The position numbers were made by a program, and so were the translations under genes. A DNA stretch of 48,310 nt from an uncultured Candidatus Saccharibacteria bacterium (lineage in GTDB: Bacteria; Patescibacteriota; Saccharimonadia; Saccharimonadales; Saccharimonadaceae): NCBI GenBank assembly GCA_964433705.1, contig CAYSSH010000001.1, forward strand, positions 1-48,310. The letters are read 5' to 3'. The notes under the pieces are model-generated. The model was given only the letters and a program-made list of their open reading frames with translations, was not told the DNA's origin and did not search any database. Each line of letters starts with the position of its first letter. Position 1 is the first letter of the stretch. Positions 45,950-48,310 of this stretch are shown here, in pieces.

Positions 45950-46468
45950 TTACTTTTTCCGAACCTGAACTGATAAATTGCGCCCGGTCATCTGCGCTTT
46001 TCCTTCGAGAACGGCGTCTTCTCCGAGCAGACTAAGCACTTTGTCTAGTAATTCTTGCCCAATCTCTCTGTGAGCCATCTCACGACCGCGGAACACGATC
46101 ATGATTTTGACTCTATCCCCGTCGTCCAGAAAGCCACGCATTTTACGGACTTTTATATTGAGGTCGTTATCTGAAATCTTTAGGCCAATCTTCATTTGTT
46201 TAAGCTCAGATTGTTTTTCCCGCGCTTTTTTGCGATTCCTAGCCTCTTCCTTCATCTTTTGATATTGGAACTTACCCCAATCAATGATTTTAACGACCGG
46301 AGGGTTAGCATTAGCGGCAATTTCCACTAAATCCACTCCTTGTTGCCTCGCGAGAAGTTGGGCGTCACGACTGGACATAATCCCCAGTTGCTCTCCATTT
46401 GAACCTATAACGCGTACCTCCGGATAACGAATTTCTCCATTTATGCGGGTGCGTGATGAGTTTTTGAT
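45950..46468 (-). CDS. infC: Translation initiation factor IF-3, non-canonical ATC start
   Basis: Frame extends upstream of ATG 46378 through RINGEIRYPEVRVIG to ATC at 46468, preceded by AAAGGA SD. Confidence 0.93.
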   Translation of the reverse strand: MKNSSRTRINGEIRYPEVRVIGSNGEQLGIMSSRDAQLLARQQGVDLVEIAANANPPVVKIIDWGKFQYQKMKEEARNRKKAREKQSELKQMKIGLKISDNDLNIKVRKMRGFLDDGDRVKIMIVFRGREMAHREIGQELLDKVLSLLGEDAVLEGKAQMTGRNLSVQVRKK

Positions 46469-46581
46469 AGTAATCCTTTCTTCTCTTGATTTAACCTGAT
46501 AACATTATATCAAAACTCCTAAGAAAAAGCAAGAATAAAATGACATATTGTAAAAAATACATTTGTTCAATTATTTATGGG

Positions 46582-48102
46582 TCAATGCTTACGGTAGTTC
46601 AGCGATTCTGCGATGTGTTTTTCCTCAATCACCTCATCACCATCTAAATCTGCAATTGTCTGTGCTACCTTTATCACCTTAAAATATGACCTTGCGGACA
46701 GGTTAAGCATATCTGATGCCTTAGCCAACAGCGCTTCGGCCTGAGTCGACATTTTTAACTTATTCGCCACTTCATAAGAGGAAAGGGAGCTATTATAGAC
46801 CCCCTGGCGGCCAAACCGAGTCGTTTGTCGGTTAATCGCCCCTGTTATAGTATTTTTTACAACATTATGCTCCTCTGTTTTTTCGGACTTAACCGGTCGC
46901 TTCAAATCGGCATTTTGTACTTTTTCTACCGCAATAAACATGTCTATTCTGTCAAGAAGTGGTCCCGAAATCTTCTTCTGGTAATTTTGTATTTGTACTT
47001 CGGTACATTTACACTCGTGTGTCGGATCGCCAAGGTATCCGCAAGGACAGGGGTTCATTGTCGCTACCAGCATAAAGTCTGCTGGAAAAACATTACGATG
47101 ATTCGCCCGCGAAACTGTAATCTCTTTATCTTCAAGCGGCTGCCTTAGCGACTCTAAGACCGAACGGGGAAATTCCGGTAGCTCATCTAAGAATAAAATC
47201 CCCTTATGCGCCAAAGAAATCTCTCCCGGTATTGATTTACTACCGCCCCCGATTATCGCCGTTGCACTTGCCGTATGGTGCGGACTCCGAAAGGGCCGCT
47301 TCTTGATAATCTCATCTGTCGCCAGTCCCGCTAGGGAATGGATCTTCGTAATTTCTAGCATCTCAGTTACAGACAGTTTTGGCAGAAGGTTTGCTGCCGC
47401 CTTTGCTAGCATCGTCTTTCCAGCCCCTGGCGGCCCTTCGATCAGAATATTATGGTGTCCCGCTATCGCAATCTCCATCGCCCGTTTTGCCATTTTTTGC
47501 CCCCGAATATGGTCAAAAAACGGCCCAGAACCGCTATCGACGCCATAATCCGCTAAATCAGTCACAGGTTCCGCTTTTTTCGCGATAATACCTTGATTTT
47601 TTAGCTGTAAAAATAAATCTTGTAAAGTGTCCACCCCATAAACGTCTATCCCCTCAATCAGCGCCGCCTGGGGTAGATTCATTAATGGCAAATAAACTTC
47701 CTTCGCCCCCGCTGACTTCGCCGCTTCAACGATATTGATGATTCCTTTGATTGGGCGCAGTTTTCCATCTAGCGATAGTTCGCCCGCAAAAACGCGCGAG
47801 CTAACATCGGATTTTATGAGCTGTCCCGACAAGAGCAGTACTGCTAGCGCAATGGGTAAATCTAGATACGACCCGTCTTTTTCTAAATCTGCTGGTGCTA
47901 AATTTATTGTTACTTTTTTATCTGGGAACGAAAAACCAGAGTTCACAATTGCGCTTCGCACCCGCTCTTTCGCTTCATTTATAGTCTTATTAGCCATTCC
48001 TACAATATTGAAAGCTGGCAACCCCCTATTCATGTCGCCTTCAACCTCGACAATCTTACCACTGAAGCCATATGGTATTGCTGAATATATTTTACTAATC
48101 AT
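46582..48102 (-). CDS. comM: ComM/YifB Mg-chelatase-like AAA+ ATPase
   Basis: INLAPADL, GELSLDG, GPPGAGKT, FRSPHH, LFLDELPEF, NPCPCG. Confidence 0.95.
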   Translation of the reverse strand: MISKIYSAIPYGFSGKIVEVEGDMNRGLPAFNIVGMANKTINEAKERVRSAIVNSGFSFPDKKVTINLAPADLEKDGSYLDLPIALAVLLLSGQLIKSDVSSRVFAGELSLDGKLRPIKGIINIVEAAKSAGAKEVYLPLMNLPQAALIEGIDVYGVDTLQDLFLQLKNQGIIAKKAEPVTDLADYGVDSGSGPFFDHIRGQKMAKRAMEIAIAGHHNILIEGPPGAGKTMLAKAAANLLPKLSVTEMLEITKIHSLAGLATDEIIKKRPFRSPHHTASATAIIGGGSKSIPGEISLAHKGILFLDELPEFPRSVLESLRQPLEDKEITVSRANHRNVFPADFMLVATMNPCPCGYLGDPTHECKCTEVQIQNYQKKISGPLLDRIDMFIAVEKVQNADLKRPVKSEKTEEHNVVKNTITGAINRQTTRFGRQGVYNSSLSSYEVANKLKMSTQAEALLAKASDMLNLSARSYFKVIKVAQTIADLDGDEVIEEKHIAESLNYRKH

Positions 48103-48235
48103 GCGAAACCTATATCACATAATCTTGCGAAAAACAACCCCCCACCTTGAGTTTATGCTTACTTCAGGGGTGATCGAGCCTGTGGAAAACTTCGCAAAAA
48201 AGCCAAAATTGAACAAAAAAAGTATGAAAAACCTA

Positions 48236-48264
48236 TTGACATTAGCGTTTTTTAACGCTATAAT
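48236..48264 (+). promoter_or_regulatory. Consensus sigma70 promoter for a gene beyond the window
   Basis: TTGACA-17 bp-TATAAT. Confidence 0.75.
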
Positions 48265-48310
48265 AGAGATAGCTTCTGAATAAAAAAATTATACAGAAGG
48301 TCAAAACAAA

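Noticed and set aside
48181-48189. DnaA box / oriC (TGTGGAAAA)
   Set aside because: A single one-mismatch box with no cluster or dnaA visible in the window.
1-48310. DGR reverse transcriptase, Avd or template repeat within the window
   Set aside because: No ORF with RT motifs and no AAC-rich third copy of the variable region were seen by eye.

Overview
Bacterial chromosomal window (genetic code 11) whose gene content, streamlined packing, near-leaderless genes and VirB6-like, DUF11 and lamin-tail surface proteins point to Candidatus Saccharibacteria (TM7, Patescibacteria/CPR); the taxonomy is an inference. The backbone is housekeeping: hrcA-grpE-rplY, tpiA, folD, murB, recA-recX, truB, rpsO, pnp, lepA, thrS, miaA, rnpB, infC-rpmI-rplT-rpmB, comM and tRNA-His/Gly/Val. 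The main signals are: (1) a 785-aa surface protein (27580-29937) with two duplicated domains whose C-terminal segments carry the codon-position-1/2 signature of diversity-generating retroelement (DGR) variable regions, followed by GC-rich hairpins, with no RT or template repeat seen in the window; (2) a highly base-paired ~170-nt leader with crossing helices upstream of that gene; (3) a ~40-bp direct repeat (TCTTCCTTGTAGATTGTTAAT-CCTG-AACAATT) separating single-gene units at 1-1510 and recurring beside a pseudogene after tRNA-Val, suggesting an unrecognised integron-like cassette system; (4) orphan promoter-ORF-terminator units inserted at tRNAs and between rpsO and pnp; (5) a riboswitch-like leader before a Nudix-RNase HI fusion; (6) several intact ORFs that have lost catalytic residues. 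All alignments, counts and folds were done by eye and no database search was run.
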